From Oikopleura dioica (lineage: Eukaryota; Animalia; Chordata): a stretch of DNA of 64,000 nt. The translations under genes were made by a program, and so were the position numbers. The notes beneath the pieces are model-generated. The model worked only from the letters and a program-made list of their open reading frames with translations. It ran no database searches and was not told the origin of the DNA. Of the stretch, positions 47,697 through 61,796 are shown in pieces (the stretch's first letter is position 1; each line of letters starts with the position of its first letter). The stretch spans positions 10,850,001 through 10,914,000 of the forward strand of contig OU015566.1 of NCBI GenBank assembly GCA_907165135.1, given 5' to 3'.

Positions 47697-48582
47697 CCGA
47701 ACAAAGAGAATCTATTTTTATTGCTTGCAGTAACCTGCTTCCAGTAATGCGTTAAAAGAGACAAGGGGTGACTAAGATCTTTTGGGGACATGTGTTAATC
47801 GCAAGGGGGGATGACTCTGTCTCTGGTCTGTCTTTTTTTGCTTCCTGATTTCGAGAAATGATGAAAAATATGCGCTGATACTAAGTTACTGAGAAATCAT
47901 GGAAGAGACTTTTTATTTATTTGTCGAAGAAAAACGATGTTGGAAAAAGCTTCTACACTTCTTTCAAAAATGAAACTTATACATGTATATGACAAAGCTT
48001 GTTTCCTAATATGACTCGATAATACAGTCAATAAATTATGTGAATTGAAAATTCCAGCTTGGAATCAACGAAGAGATTTTTTTGTTTTTTTTTCTCGTTT
48101 TATTTAGGTTTCAAATATACAGATAAACAGAGTTCAAAATTCGCAAGAATAATAAGATTTCGAAAAACTGAAGTAGACGGAAACGGACCAGGGGAGGTTT
48201 TTAATGAGTTTCATTTTTTTTACTGGCGAAGTATAGACATATTATCATATAAAAATATTGCCCGGCATCATTTTAATCGTGATCCGATGTTCTGCCGAGC
48301 GGGTTTTTTGTTAAAACTTATGTCCATTTCGGGGTTTAATATTTTCAAGTTTCATTTAGTTGTAGATTGATAAAGCAGCGTCTCGGTATTTTAAAACTAG
48401 CATTCAGAACGGAAGATTTAAAAACAATTTAACCCGCCGTCGCAGGAAGAGAGTATGTCCAAATTATGCAGTGACGGGTTAAGAAAGTGAAAGACGATTT
48501 GTTGACAATTATCGAGAACGAGTTAAAAAGATAGAAATTCTGATCTACTGAAGAATTGAAGCGCGAGAGATGAAGGTCGGGC

Positions 48583-49246
48583 TCAAACGGATTTCAGCTT
48601 GTCCTTGATATATGAAGTCATGCGGCGCTGGACTCGGGATGTCGGGCGGCGGACGGGTTTCTGGACCTAAATGGTTCATTTACAAAATGTCTCAATTATC
48701 CATCATGTTAGAGAAAGGGGCTTACCTGATCATGAAATTTAATCGTGTCCTTCTTTATCGCTCGAATTTTCAATTGTCTATCTGCTGGAGCATGAGCAAC
48801 AGGCTCCGGCTTGTAAAGTTCGAAGACCTCAACTCTTTCGTTGAACGTGACTCTTCTGAGCGGCATCCTGCTGGTGTGGTATCTGCTGGGTGGCGCGATG
48901 GCAATCAGCCCAGTAGTGGGCAAGTGGTCCACATAGGTTGCGGATGAGCCGGAGGAACTTATAGAGCCGTCCGAGTATGATCCAGTGGAGCCGGTTGAGC
49001 CGGTAGATCCGTAACGAGCATGAGCCTGAATTGAGCTGGTGCGGCGCGGCGCTGAGCATGAGCTTGGAGGTCTACTGGAGCGGAGTAGGAGCGGCCGAAT
49101 GGCGTCTTTTTCGGAGCTCTAGAATTCCGATAACTCGCTGAATTAGACCACTAAGCTTACGTTTTAGCTTGCATGGAAGTAGAGAGATTCATCTTTTGCG
49201 TAATTTCGCGCAGCTCCTCCACAGAAAGCGAAGATCGCGACCTCAT
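48583..49246 (-). pseudogene. Copy 1 of a Ser-rich RVxF-motif gene, carrying a 1-nt deletion (frameshift or sequence error)
   Basis: Reads gcaccagctcaattcagg near 49033, against gcaccagctccaattcagg in copy 2. The deletion breaks the long frame of exon 2. Confidence 0.45.
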
Positions 49247-49494
49247 CGACGGTCGACTTTGCAAGTTAGCCTTCTATTCTGGGTTTATTTGAAAAACATC
49301 AAGCTACTTTATGTGCAATCGTCATTGTAAGAACGATCGTAACATTCCTAGAAAAAGCTTGGCTATTTCTGTGGCGTTTTGATGGGAGCCAGTGAGACTA
49401 TGTAGCAGGAGCTCGGAATGTCGCCGACGCCCTTGGTGGAGCCGCTCACCGACCAAAGCGATTACGATTAAAGCTAGAATTAGAGAAAATGACG

Positions 49495-49962
49495 CATTGC
49501 TACAGATGCATTGGAATGGACTACGGCTGTGATCCCCTCAACAGTGCCTACACTGTAAGCTTCCTTTTTCTTTGATAAATTTGTGAACCACGTTTTAAGG
49601 TTGTCATCGATGCTGATTCTTACGAGCTGACATGCGAGCAGAACACGGACCCATGTGCTCTGAACGCGTGTATGTGCGATTTGGACTTGGTGAACAACCT
49701 CGTCCAAAACATCGCCGAAGAAGGCTCAAACTTAAATGGCTTGACCGAAGCTACTGGCTTCGATACCCAAGCAAGGTGTATTCCCGGTAATAATCCAGGA
49801 CCAAAGGCAGACCAGTGCTGCGGAGAATACCCGAAGCGATTCCCATTCTCCGACAACTACGGACAGCGAGGATGCTGCAGTGGTAAGACTTACAACACTA
49901 ACACTTTAGAGTGCTGTGCCGGTGGTGAGATCAAAGGCATTGGATATTGTGGCGGCTACTAA
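49495..49962 (+). pseudogene. 5'-truncated duplicate of the PLA2-like gene (no promoter, signal peptide or N-terminal half)
   Basis: Begins mid-exon at HCYRCIGMDY, at the duplication junction. Confidence 0.8.
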
Positions 49963-51487
49963 GCATCAAGCTTCTATTCAACTTATTAGTAAGGAAAGAG
50001 TTCTAAAGAAAACAAATTTGCTCAATTTTCTAATTCATAATTCGCGCCAATCATTTGAGCGACCTTTTTGAACTCTCAAAGGCAGTTACATAATATTAAA
50101 AAAAATGCTTCTTCATCTCTTCATCCTCCTAAGAAAAACCTAAGAAGTCGCCTGTCAAAAACACTTGTAAAATATGTATAAATGTTCTTTTTTATATGTT
50201 CCTCAAATATGAGATCTCGCAGACTAGAAACTCACCTAGTCTGCGAACGAAAACTTTCTTATGTTAAAAAATATCGCTGTAAGAGACAGCATCTCTTTAC
50301 AATGATTGCTAAAGTGGCAATTGACATGGCGCGGCCTCGCCATGCGAATTCCACAAATATTGATGTCTACTGTATTTGTATCGAATAAAACTATATATAC
50401 CTAAAATTAATGGGTATTGATGGCAAGAATAACCGTAGTAAGGCTTTCAAAAAATAATTGAGAGATGTTCATGATGAAATGAAAAGGTCGAGTTCAGAAG
50501 GAAAAAAATATTATAGATACGGAAAAAGTTTTAATGACTTTATGATTTTCAAAAAAAGATTACCTTCATCGCTACTTTTTTCAGAATCACTGTCCATTAG
50601 CAGAAGTTGTAGCTCATTTTTTATCACACCCAGCTGCTCCTGTGATAAGGGTAATACACGTTTCTTAGCCGCGAATTCTCATTAAAAAGCCGCGGAATGT
50701 AAATAATGATAAATTTTAAGCAGCTTTGCTCTTGTTTTGGAAATATTGAAAATTATATAAGACGGAGTTAATGAAAATTTTATCTTGGATTAGGGTTTGA
50801 CTTGTGGGCTAAAGTCACGTTACCCTTCCTTAATCACAGCTGGATCTTTGGAGGAATTGCAGAGATATCGTCTGAACATTTGGCGAACAGTGGCATCGTC
50901 CCATGCATTGCCGCTCTTTTGCAAGTTTGAAAAGATAGATTTTCGAATTTCAAGAAGTGAGTCTGCCAAACTGACCTTACGTGAAGATCTGGAGGAGGAC
51001 TTGGCGGAAGTGGATGATCGGTAGGTCCGAGAGGAGGAGCGGCTAATTGCGTCGTCATCATCTACAAAAGCAAAAAGTTACTGTCTGCCACTTAGAAATC
51101 TCCAGAAATCTGAAGTGGCCAAATATGCTGATATGAGAAGAAACTGTCTGCGACAGTTCTTCCTTGCAATTTGGTTCGTGCGTCTAGTCAATCTTGATCG
51201 GGTAGGGCGATAAGGGCTTATGTTTGAAGCGCCCAGCTGCGCAGAGCCTTACGTTAGCGCCATACAGTGGTGAAGTACAACATAAATAAAAGCGAGAAAA
51301 AGAATAAACAGAAAATTTAAAATGCAACAAGATTTTCAAAATCCGATGTAGCAGTTCTAATGTTACTAATTCAATCTATTTGCTTATCATCAGTTTGAAT
51401 ATCTGTGAAAAATTATATAAAATAATTTTTGAACAAAATGATATCTTTCCCTGTCTGGTTCAGCAATTTAATTTCAGTTTTTAAATA

Positions 51488-51888
51488 CAGTTAATTATGG
51501 AATTTTTGGACATTTTTTGTCACAAGATTTTCGCAAAAATGTCCAAAAATTTGATACACGCTGCCAGAAAAAATGTCCCATCCAAATCGCTTAAAAAAAA
51601 TTTTTTTGAGGAAAATCCTCATCATCCTCTGTTTCATCCTTCTTCTCAAGACAAGAAATGTTCTAGGGGTACGAGATCAACCTTCAAATTTATCTTTCTC
51701 AAAGAAAAAGTAAGATTTTTGATAAGAAAAAACGTCATATCTGGCAAAAAAAAACAGAAAATTGAAATTTCGGCGCAGAAAATGTCCAAAAATTTGATAC
51801 AGGCACTTTTGAAAAGTGTCCCAAGAAAACCCCTTAAAATTGGAAAAATGTCCAAAAATTTGATGTCCAAAAATTCTATAAAAAACTG
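51488..51888. mobile_element. Second copy of the Tc1/mariner-type MITE, carried in the tandem duplication
   Basis: Same TA-CAGTT...AACTG-TA structure. Confidence 0.8.
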
Positions 51889-52008
51889 TATTATTACCTG
51901 AACTTTCTATGTCGAATGGATTTGCATCTGTTTCAAGGCCAGTCAGTGAGACTCCATTGACTTTTTATGGATAAAATTGTACTTTTTACAATTGTCTATT
52001 TATATTTT

Positions 52009-52634
52009 CTATCCAAAATCATAATTTGCTTTTGTTTGTTCGGGCGCTTTCATGATCATCAGTGCAGCTTCAACTGCAGCGTCGACGAGTGCTTTCGCAA
52101 TGAGCTTGTATTCATTTCTGATCTTGACAAATTTTTTCTTCGGCTGGAACTTCTGCTTTTCGAAAAATCGAAGAGGAAGAATGTTTGAGAAAACATTGTG
52201 CTGGTCGAACAACGCGGCCGAGAGATCGAGGTTGGAATCGAGAATCGAATGGTTAGGAATGAATTTTCCTGGAGCTTCGTCGAGGTGGGAGACTTGAGTG
52301 CGCTTCCAAAAATGAGAACAAGGGACGTTCATGGCGGGGCAAACTCGAAGATGAATCGCCATGTGGGCGCGTTTCAAACGTCGAGGACAGCTTTTCAAGG
52401 GTTTTGAGCCTGATTTTGTTAGTAAAATAAGATTAGGGTTTTACATCATAAAATATTATTCACAACCTTGCCATAAATCGAATTTATACAGTCGACTTCT
52501 CTTTGCGAGCACAGTTCTTTCTCGTGCTCGCAAATCTTCCACCTCTCATCTTCAAGCTCGCAAAAATTGCACTTTACAATTTCTCGTTCATAATTTTCAT
52601 CTTCATTACTTTCAATCTCTAGTTCTTCTTTCAT
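52009..52634 (-). CDS. Duplicated 5' exons of the FBXO30-like gene
   Basis: Near-identical to 47071-47696. Confidence 0.65.
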
Positions 52635-53520
52635 CCGAACAAAGAGAATCTATTTTTATTGCTTGCAGTAACCTGCTTCCAGTAATGCGTTAAAAGAGAC
52701 AAGGGGTGACTAAGATCTTTTGGGGACATGTGTTAATCGCAAGGGGGGATGACTCTGTCTCTGGTCTGTCTTTTTTTGCTTCCTGATTTCGAGAAATGAT
52801 GAAAAATATGCGCTGATACTAAGTTACTGAGAAATCATGGAAGAGACTTTTTATTTATTTGTCGAAGAAAAACGATGTTGGAAAAAGCTTCTACACTTCT
52901 TTCAAAAATGAAACTTATACATGTATATGACAAAGCTTGTTTCCTAATATGACTCGATAATACAGTCAATAAATTATGTGAATTGAAAATTCCAGCTTGG
53001 AATCAACGAAGAGATTTTTTTGTTTTTTTTTCTCGTTTTATTTAGGTTTCAAATATACAGATAAACAGAGTTCAAAATTCGCAAGAATAATAAGATTTCG
53101 AAAAACTGAAGTAGACGGAAACGGACCAGGGGAGGTTTTTAATGAGTTTCATTTTTTTTACTGGCGAAGTATAGACATATTATCATATAAAAATATTGCC
53201 CGGCATCATTTTAATCGTGATCCGATGTTCTGCCGAGCGGGTTTTTTGTTAAAACTTATGTCCATTTCGGGGTTTAATATTTTCAAGTTTCATTTAGTTG
53301 TAGATTGATAAAGCAGCGTCTCGGTATTTTAAAACTAGCATTCAGAACGGAAGATTTAAAAACAATTTAACCCGCCGTCGCAGGAAGAGAGTATGTCCAA
53401 ATTATGCAGTGACGGGTTAAGAAAGTGAAAGACGATTTGTTGACAATTATCGAGAACGAGTTAAAAAGATAGAAATTCTGATCTACTGAAGAATTGAAGC
53501 GCGAGAGATGAAGGTCGGGC

Positions 53521-54185
53521 TCAAACGGATTTCAGCTTGTCCTTGATATATGAAGTCATGCGGCGCTGGACTCGGGATGTCGGGCGGCGGACGGGTTTCT
53601 GGACCTAAATGGTTCATTTACAAAATGTCTCAATTATCCATCATGTTAGAGAAAGGGGCTTACCTGATCATGAAATTTAATCGTGTCCTTCTTTATCGCT
53701 CGAATTTTCAATTGTCTATCTGCTGGAGCATGAGCAACAGGCTCCGGCTTGTAAAGTTCGAAGACCTCAACTCTTTCGTTGAACGTGACTCTTCTGAGCG
53801 GCATCCTGCTGGTGTGGTATCTGCTGGGTGGCGCGATGGCAATCAGCCCAGTAGTGGGCAAGTGGTCCACATAGGTTGCGGATGAGCCGGAGGAACTTAT
53901 AGAGCCGTCCGAGTATGATCCAGTGGAGCCGGTTGAGCCGGTAGATCCGTAACGAGCATGAGCCTGAATTGGAGCTGGTGCGGCGCGGCGCTGAGCATGA
54001 GCTTGGAGGTCTACTGGAGCGGAGTAGGAGCGGCCGAATGGCGTCTTTTTCGGAGCTCTAGAATTCCGATAACTCGCTGAATTAGACCACTAAGCTTACG
54101 TTTTAGCTTGCATGGAAGTAGAGAGATTCATCTTTTGCGTAATTTCGCGCAGCTCCTCCACAGAAAGCGAAGATCGCGACCTCAT
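53521..54185 (-). CDS. Ser-rich low-complexity protein (~190 aa, 3 exons) with an RRVTF (RVxF) motif; intact copy
   Basis: MRSRSSLSVEELREITQKMNLSTSMQAK|..RAPKKTPFGRSYSAP..GSTGSTGSTGSY..MPLRRVTFNERVEVFE..HDQ|VQKPVRRPTSRVQRRMTSYIKDKLKSV*. The exon 1-2 junction requires a GAG acceptor and is uncertain. Confidence 0.55.
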
Positions 54186-57100
54186 CGACGGTCGACTTTG
54201 CAAGTTAGCCTTCTATTCTGGGTTTATTTGAAAAACATCAAGCTACTTTATGTGCAATCGTCATTGTAAGAACGATCGTAACATTCCTAGAAAAAGCTTG
54301 GCTATTTCTGTGGCGTTTTGATGGGAGCCAGTGAGACTATGTAGCAGGAGCTCGGAATGTCGCCGACGCCCTTGGTGGAGCCGCTCACCGACCAAAGCGA
54401 TTACGATTAAAGCTAGAATTAGAGAAAATGACGTAAACGGTCATCACATAGTTGTAATCGTTACTAAGGGGAAGCCAAGCTACTTCTTGAACTTGATTCA
54501 AAATTCAAGAGGCCAACTCGCGAATATTTTTTTGCTCTAAGAATTGACATCGAATCTAGGCCGTCTTAGTTGAAGTAAATTAAATTTTCAAAATAAGATA
54601 GCCGCGAAATAGAACGCCTAAAAACTTTGCTAGTTAAATTTTTTATGTTTCTTTCAAAAACACTGAAAAACATTGAAAAAGTTTGACTTTAGCTTGAGTC
54701 CCCAGCGAAATGGATTCAATTACACTCTTCGTATTTACTCAAAACAGGCGATTACGTTTCTCCTTATCAGAACCTTTACAACTGGATTTATTCTGTACGA
54801 CCGGCTTTCCCGAGATTTTAACAAAGTTACTTTCGGTATTCGGAATTTAAAAGAAAAAATGAGCTTATCAGCTCAACCTGGTTGGAGATTACCAGTGTCA
54901 CGTGACGGAACATTGGCAGCTGGGTTCAAGTTATAATCGCTGGGTTTCAACCGTACTTGTTACAAATTGTAGCAATTATGACGAAAAATAAACCGCGGCG
55001 AACTAGAACGTGGAATTGGAGGCTCTAGATTCTAGAGTCTAGAATCATAATTTCTTCTTATCACTATTTTAAACATGTGTCCAAACTTTCAATTCGAAAT
55101 AGTCTCGTGAAAGAGGTTCAAATTGGGGCGGGTTTCACATGCTGCTGGCTGTTAATCAAAACGGGCCACTGAGGAGCATTAATTAATTAAATATCCCGTG
55201 CTTCAAGTTCGTATTATGACAGTCCGACCACGTAAGCATCTGATAATGCCGGGTGCCTAGGTCATGGTTTATTATTTCTACGCGCTAGAAAAGTGCTCGC
55301 GCAAAGATCCTCTAATGATCACGTGTTTGAGCCGGCGGATCAGCTCGCGCAACTTTTTCAACGTGTTCTTTTTTGGAAGATAAACGTGAAAGAAACAAAA
55401 TGAGCAGTTGAAATAGTTCGAATTGTTTGGCCGAGAAAACGCTCTAGTTAAATAAAAGACAAACACTTATTTTTTCATTTGAAAAAAAAGGGTTATGTAA
55501 AGAGAGTGGTCCAGGGGCCCTGGAATTCAAGAGCGAGATGGACTTATGCATTTGGATAAACCCTTTAACTTTGGCTGAAGCTTTTGATTGTCGTTCTGGC
55601 GCCGGGCGAGCGTGTCCACATAAGCGGCAGTGGGATTCGGAACCATTTCGATTGATTTGTTGTTTAGTAAGTTGCAGCTTCTGAAAATGACATATTTAGG
55701 GCGCTGTCTAAAATTACCAAAAATAAAAAGCTAATGAGTTCCCGCAAAATAAGTTCACAGTTTCGCCTTCTTCCGCACTCGAAATCGTATATTATGTTCA
55801 AGTACTTCTAGCGCCGCGGTCTTAAGAGAATCACCATAGAAAAGTAAGGTAAAACCGTAAGACGATGTTTTTGAAATAAGCGTAACATTCTTGGGCATTT
55901 TTCATGGCTTATAAGAAGCAAGATTATTTGAATGTTTTGGATTGTTGCAGCGCGGAAGCGAATGGGTGTTTTTTGGGCGAAGAGTGGAACGTACGTAAGT
56001 TTGTTATTCCGTAGAATCAAGCGGCAAACTTGGGTAAACTTTTAAGAGTTCAGAGCTCTCTTCTTTGGAACTCAAGAGATCCAAGAGTCTTTGTTGATCC
56101 TAATTTTCAAGCGAAAAAAAAAGTTTTTTTTCTTTTCGTGAAAACTCATGATTCATGAAAATCGAACAAGAAAGGACTCTTCTTACCTATATTATCACCA
56201 GTAGTTGTTGTAATATCTTCCTGTAGTATTGGTTAAATTAAGGTTGAGTAAATAAGTTGTCGACTTCCTAGATTCTTGTCCGTGTCCTAATTCCCCTGTG
56301 ACACTCTTGCAACCGTCATCACAACAATCTAAAAAACGTGAAAAGTGAATATCAGGCCGCTTCTTCTTTTGCTGTTTCTGGGAAATGCAAATTTGACAGT
56401 AGTTTTGCATGAAGAAAAGACGCGCCATTGATCCGATTAAAAAAAAGCCGCCGCAGACGTACACGTTGAAATGAACTTCCAGAAAGGATAGACTTGTTAA
56501 CTCATCTTTATCTTGGCCAGACATGAACCCCCTTAAAAGTTTATCCGAGTTGAGCTTGAACGGGATCTGGCGCGAATTTCACGCTTTGTAAATATTTAAC
56601 AAATCATCGATTTGAATGAGTTTGCAATTTAGAAAGTTATGGCTAAGTGATGCGGCAATCGCTTGGCTAAAACATTTCCGCGCAAAAAATAGAAAATTAA
56701 AAATAATCACCGTTGGTACTTTTGCTCGTAATTTGCCTCTATTTTTGGCGGAAAATTAACTTTTGTCATCAAAATAGTAATATTTAATTTATATTAAACA
56801 ATCAACTAAATCAATTAATAGAAATTTTCTTTCAGCCGCGTGTCTCAATTTAGTAGGTGGGGTGCCCTTAAGATAGACTTATTTTTCGCTCTTTTCTCGT
56901 AAATTAAGACCTTTTCAAAGAAAAACACTAATTAAATTTTGGTCATTTTAGAATTGTTGTAAGTTGCTAATTCAATTTGTCATGTGATCATGTGATCGGC
57001 GCGTTCACGCAAGGTTCTAGTGCTGTATTCCCTTTCGGGATATTTCCTTCGTTTCGCTTTCCAAAAGGCCACCCACCGCCGGAAACTCACATCAAAACGC

Positions 57101-60100
57101 CTGGCATTAGCACAAACCACCGCGCAAATGCTGACTAAACATTTAAACGCCCGCTTAAATTACTTCTTATTCCTCCCTTCTCTTCTCTCAATCATTGCAG
57201 TAATTAATTAGCGATCAAAGGGGAGCGCAAAAGGCAGTAACGTGGGGACGTGAAGTCATTTCCGCGAAAATTATTCGCAGCAAAAGAAGGAATTTACCAA
57301 AGCCGGATTCAAATCAATTTACAGTAAAAAAAGCTATCAGGATTTTAAAAATTTATGTTATATAAAGCCGCTTGCGTCTTTTTCAAAAATACTTTAACAG
57401 TATTAAGGGTGTCAACAAAGATTTTATTAGGGTTCGGTAAATCGTTGTTTACACCCTTAAGATTTGCTAAAAAAAATCTCAAAATAAAAATTTCTTTTTG
57501 AAACTTTGTATTTTTTCAATTTGAGTTTAAAAATGGCCGGTGTACGTACACAGGTTAAACTTATTTAATCTTTGAATTAATTAGATTCGGAGGAAGGAAG
57601 AAGTAAGTAAATTAGAAGTGGAACAAGATGTCTCGAGCCCAGCTCCTTGGTCGTAATTACCGAGTCCAAATTGGCCCGTTCGTAGCTTCGAATTAGTGAT
57701 GAGTTTACGAAAAGTTCACTGTAACGACGTCCTTGCTTGTCCAAATATGTGTCCGCGTTGATTCTATCGCGTCCGGCTGTGGGTTAACTTTCAAAACGAC
57801 TCCCCTCCCGAAATTCCCCCTTCACGATTCACGGAAAATGACACTTAAAAATATTTGGACTATCATTTCTAGTCAGAACTCGGGCTCTCCCATGCCCAAA
57901 AATTTGGTGAAAACGCGAGAAAGAGTTAACCAACGGTCGCTTATGCAATTTTTGGAGCACTTAAATTCTCAGAAATTAGCTGAGACGGACCTTTTCGCGT
58001 TTTTGACTCAATTAATCACGTGGCATTTTATTTGGAACGTGGAGGAGGAGCCTTAATTTTCTTAAACTTCTACTTTTCCCTTCAGACCGTCTCCTGGTGG
58101 CTAAGTCCTTATCAGTCCTTCTCGCAGAAAATGTTCATTCCGTGACGCAAGAGCTGAACTTTTGGTTTTTGCCCACAAACAAGGCTGAGAAGAATGTTTA
58201 CGAGATTTGAAATACAAGGTCCTCTCCGTACAAGTTACTCTGTCTGGGCGATTTTGTAAATACGAAAAGAAAGCTGACCAAAAATCGGTGATTAGCGATT
58301 TCTCTGCAGCGGATTTTGATAAGGGGCGCGGAGAAAGCTTTTTCGTAGAAGATTATTTCATCCCTTTTTATTTTATAATTTCAATAAAAAAAAATAATTA
58401 TCATAAATTATCATCATTTATATCAATTATTTTAAATAAAAAGTAAAAATGAACAAAAATCCCCTTTGAAAAATTTTTGAGTCGGAAAAATTTTTTTCTG
58501 AATTTTCAACCCGTATACGTCAGAAAATCTCTTTGAAAATCTCTGATTCTTGCTCTTTTTTTGATCGTTCTCTCTTTTTTTCTAATCGGATTTGGCGGCT
58601 TTCTTCGTTGTTTTCTTGAAAAAGTTCAAACGTTTTCTGATTTTTTGATTATATAATAAGTAAGGATAAGACGGTAAGAATACGAGAAATTATTATTTCT
58701 CCCGTCTTTGGCCAATTGACAAGTGAAAAAAAGGTTTTCGGAAAGAGGGCGCCAGTAAGCGCGAGGAGCATTTTTCGGGCGCATAAACGCGCAGCGCTGA
58801 GCCAATTTTCTATGACTTCGAGGGCGCAAAGTATTAAGGAGAATGGGGACTTGTTGCCCTCCTTCTGGGGACGCCAAATTTCATCAGGAGTAACTCCTGG
58901 ATGATAAGCTCCCTGAGCCGTCTATTTTTCATTCTCAAGAGACCAAATGCACGCCAAATTTTAACGTTAAAAAAGGAGCTGGAACCATTGCTGTTATGTT
59001 GATTTATGTTGATTTAAGGAATGAATTTGTCCTTTGAGCAATTAAATCATGTTCATTTTGAAATGAACCGACGAGCCTTTACTCTAAACACAACATCTAC
59101 TTACAGTTACAATCGAAGGATTGTTTGGAAACGGCGCTCATCGTAAAATTGTAAAATTGAAAAAGATAATAGACAAAGATGTTCAGACGGGTAGACAAAT
59201 TAGGACCGTCTTTTTTACAACAAGAAAAGAGGTCCTCTTCGATGAAAAAAAAAAGACTGACGAAGTTGTTTCAAACTTGAATGCGGAGCTGCATATTTTA
59301 TCGAACCCTGGAGTTCACTGGGAAACGGCCTCATGCGAGCGAGGGTTAAGCTCGTTTCCGGTAATGAGCATAGTCGTTACAAAGCCCGAACGTTCGCCAG
59401 TACTCTCAGGCCATTTAAAAACAGAAAGGAGCGCCTTGTTAAATGTCAGGGGGAGGCCAAGTTCTTACTATTTATTTGGTAATGTGAGGTTCTTTCCGGT
59501 GGCTTTTGTGGCTTGTTCCGTTTTGGGGATAAACGAAAAGACGAGGAAAAATTAATTGAAGAACAAGAATTTTCAAACTGCTTAGTTTGTTAAAAAAATA
59601 ATTCGTTAAATAAAAAATATTTACTATTGAACATTTTTTTCTTCAAAATTTCCCGAGGAGTAATTGTTAGTATCGCAAGTGTCACAAAAATCGCGTGAAA
59701 AATCGACAGGCAGGTTTACTGCTAATTTGCGCCTGTCAAACCGTTCAGACGAAACTTGCGATCGAGGCTAAAGACGAACTCGTAAAATTTTTATCAAGGG
59801 CTCAATTTCCTCGCGCAGGAAGTTAACCTTTCTCAGATCGACGAAATCAATGAAATCTTCTTTTTCTTCCATTTTATAGTGTCTTCAGAAAAGTTAAGAA
59901 AGAAGTAAGCTCAAGCGTCATTATTAAAAGTAGACACATTCTAACGATAACGAGGTTTATTCTGATTATAAACTGGAATTCTAGGTTCGCGATGATCGAA
60001 AGTAGACATGCGTTTTAATACGATTGTTTTGGCAATGTAAGACGTATTTATCACACAATATCAAAGAGCCGCAACTCAATTATTTTCAATGCTTGTTAAC

Positions 60101-61240
60101 AAAGAAGAAAAATATCGTCTGGCCCCTCTCGAACCACCATCAATGTCATTATTGAAAAAATAAGATGTGGTTATATAATATCCATTTGCGCTAGAATCAT
60201 TAAGGATACTGAAGTCTGTGATTTGATCAGACCTTTTTTTGAAGGCTAGCCCTAATTTTATCAGTTGTAATTTGTTACGCAGCACTGTTGAAATACAAAA
60301 CAGAGCATTCTATGAAAGCAAAGCTCTTTTCGGTCCAGATTATTGTCACAACAAGTTTCTTTCATTTCGCGCAGGTTAAGCTAAGTCCTTGGCGAGAGTC
60401 GAGACTCGCTGGGCGAGAAAGTGGATTTAATCGTTAATGTAATTATGCAGCGTACGCTTCATCCGAATTTTGTACAAAATGAGCTTTTGTGAACTCGAAT
60501 TCCTGAAGTTATTTTTGACTAAAACACTTTATTCTTGAACTTTATTTTTGGGCCAAACTAAGAAGAGGAATTAATTTTAATGAATTGAGTTTTGATTGGC
60601 CGATAGACCAAATACAGCAAGCTTATTGATCTTCCGAAAATGCACTTTCTTTTCTTGGTTTGTGCCTCATTTTTCCATTTTTATTGTTTTTTTCCTGTAA
60701 TTCTTCGTAAAATGTTAAAGAAACAATTTCTGTCTATCAGTCAAAAATGTGGATAGCGGCGCCTGTGTGCATAATTGTTCCTGAAGTCGAATGTAAAACA
60801 TATTTAACTACATGGTAGCTGCGGCTGCGATAGAATCCTTATTACGCTTAGAGCACAGTACTGGCGTCACGGATTTGGGTGCACCCATTCGACATTGTCG
60901 TATTATTCAAATTAACTTGTCCCTCTGGAGTAACCTTGCTTTGTAGCTTCCTGCACGAGTCGCATTCCGAGAAATGCTCATTTCTGGAGCTACTAATGTG
61001 GATGCTTCGAGGAATAATGAACAGGAAGGAAAGCACTTCTAACAAGTACCTGTTTTATGAGCGCGAAGGAGCTTCTGGGAAGCTCCGAGTTCCTCTTGTT
61101 TAGCAAAAAATGCCCGGACGACCCCAGGCCACATTCTTATGCAATGCTGCAACAAACACAAGAAAATGGCTAAAACAAAGTTTGATCTCATTACAATGTG
61201 AGCGTCTGAATTTGGAGTAAGTAGGCTAAGGCTTTCTTTC

Positions 61241-61257
61241 TTAGGGTTAGGGTTAGG
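61241..61257 (+). repeat. Short interstitial telomere-like repeat (TTAGGG) x2.8
   Basis: ttagggttagggttagg. Confidence 0.6.
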
Positions 61258-61796
61258 TTTTTGATTATGTAAGGATTCTTGGACCTTGGTTTCTGGAACA
61301 AGTTAAAGTACTGGAATTGCAGTACTCATGAATAACAGAATAAGTACTGAGTCTGGTGAACGACTGCCGTATGCAGTTTCGTTATCACTCACCCGAATCG
61401 GCTTATCTTTTATGGCTAAGTTCTTCACTCGCGTCAGAATTTCAAGACGTTCCCGGCATGTCGCCACTTTGCTGTGGTTGCCCCCTTCCCTACTCGTCGC
61501 ATAAAATCGACGTTTTCACTGAAGCCAGATCAGCAATTCCGCCTAATTGCCAAGCTTAGAAACATGCTTTTTCACGGATTCTAGTAACACTTTCTAAAAT
61601 CATCAAAATTCTCGCGTAAATTCTGAAAAAAAGGAATCGCAAATTTGAGTTGTTCCGGAAGGACATATTTTGTCAACTTACTGAATTTGCGTTTTAGGCA
61701 AAATAAAAAAGACAATTTGTGAAAATTAAAATCTATTGAGAATATAACTAAGCACCGTGTTGTTGCTTGACTATGGATCATCTCAGATTTAGACTC

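Larger units (their letters stand above)
44560..54433. repeat. Direct tandem duplication, units 44560-49494 and 49495-54433 (>99% identical)
   Basis: The ORF track repeats at offsets 4935-4939. The junction ...gaaaatgacg|cattgctacag at 49494/49495 joins the unit end to the middle of PLA2-like exon 1. Confidence 0.97.

Noticed and set aside
56195-56524. ORF with NYCQIC and DCCDDGC resembling a PHD finger
   Set aside because: Spacing is wrong and the later His/Cys ligands are missing.
59121-59555. 144-aa ORF
   Set aside because: Non-ATG start, no domain, and composition typical of AT-rich non-coding DNA.
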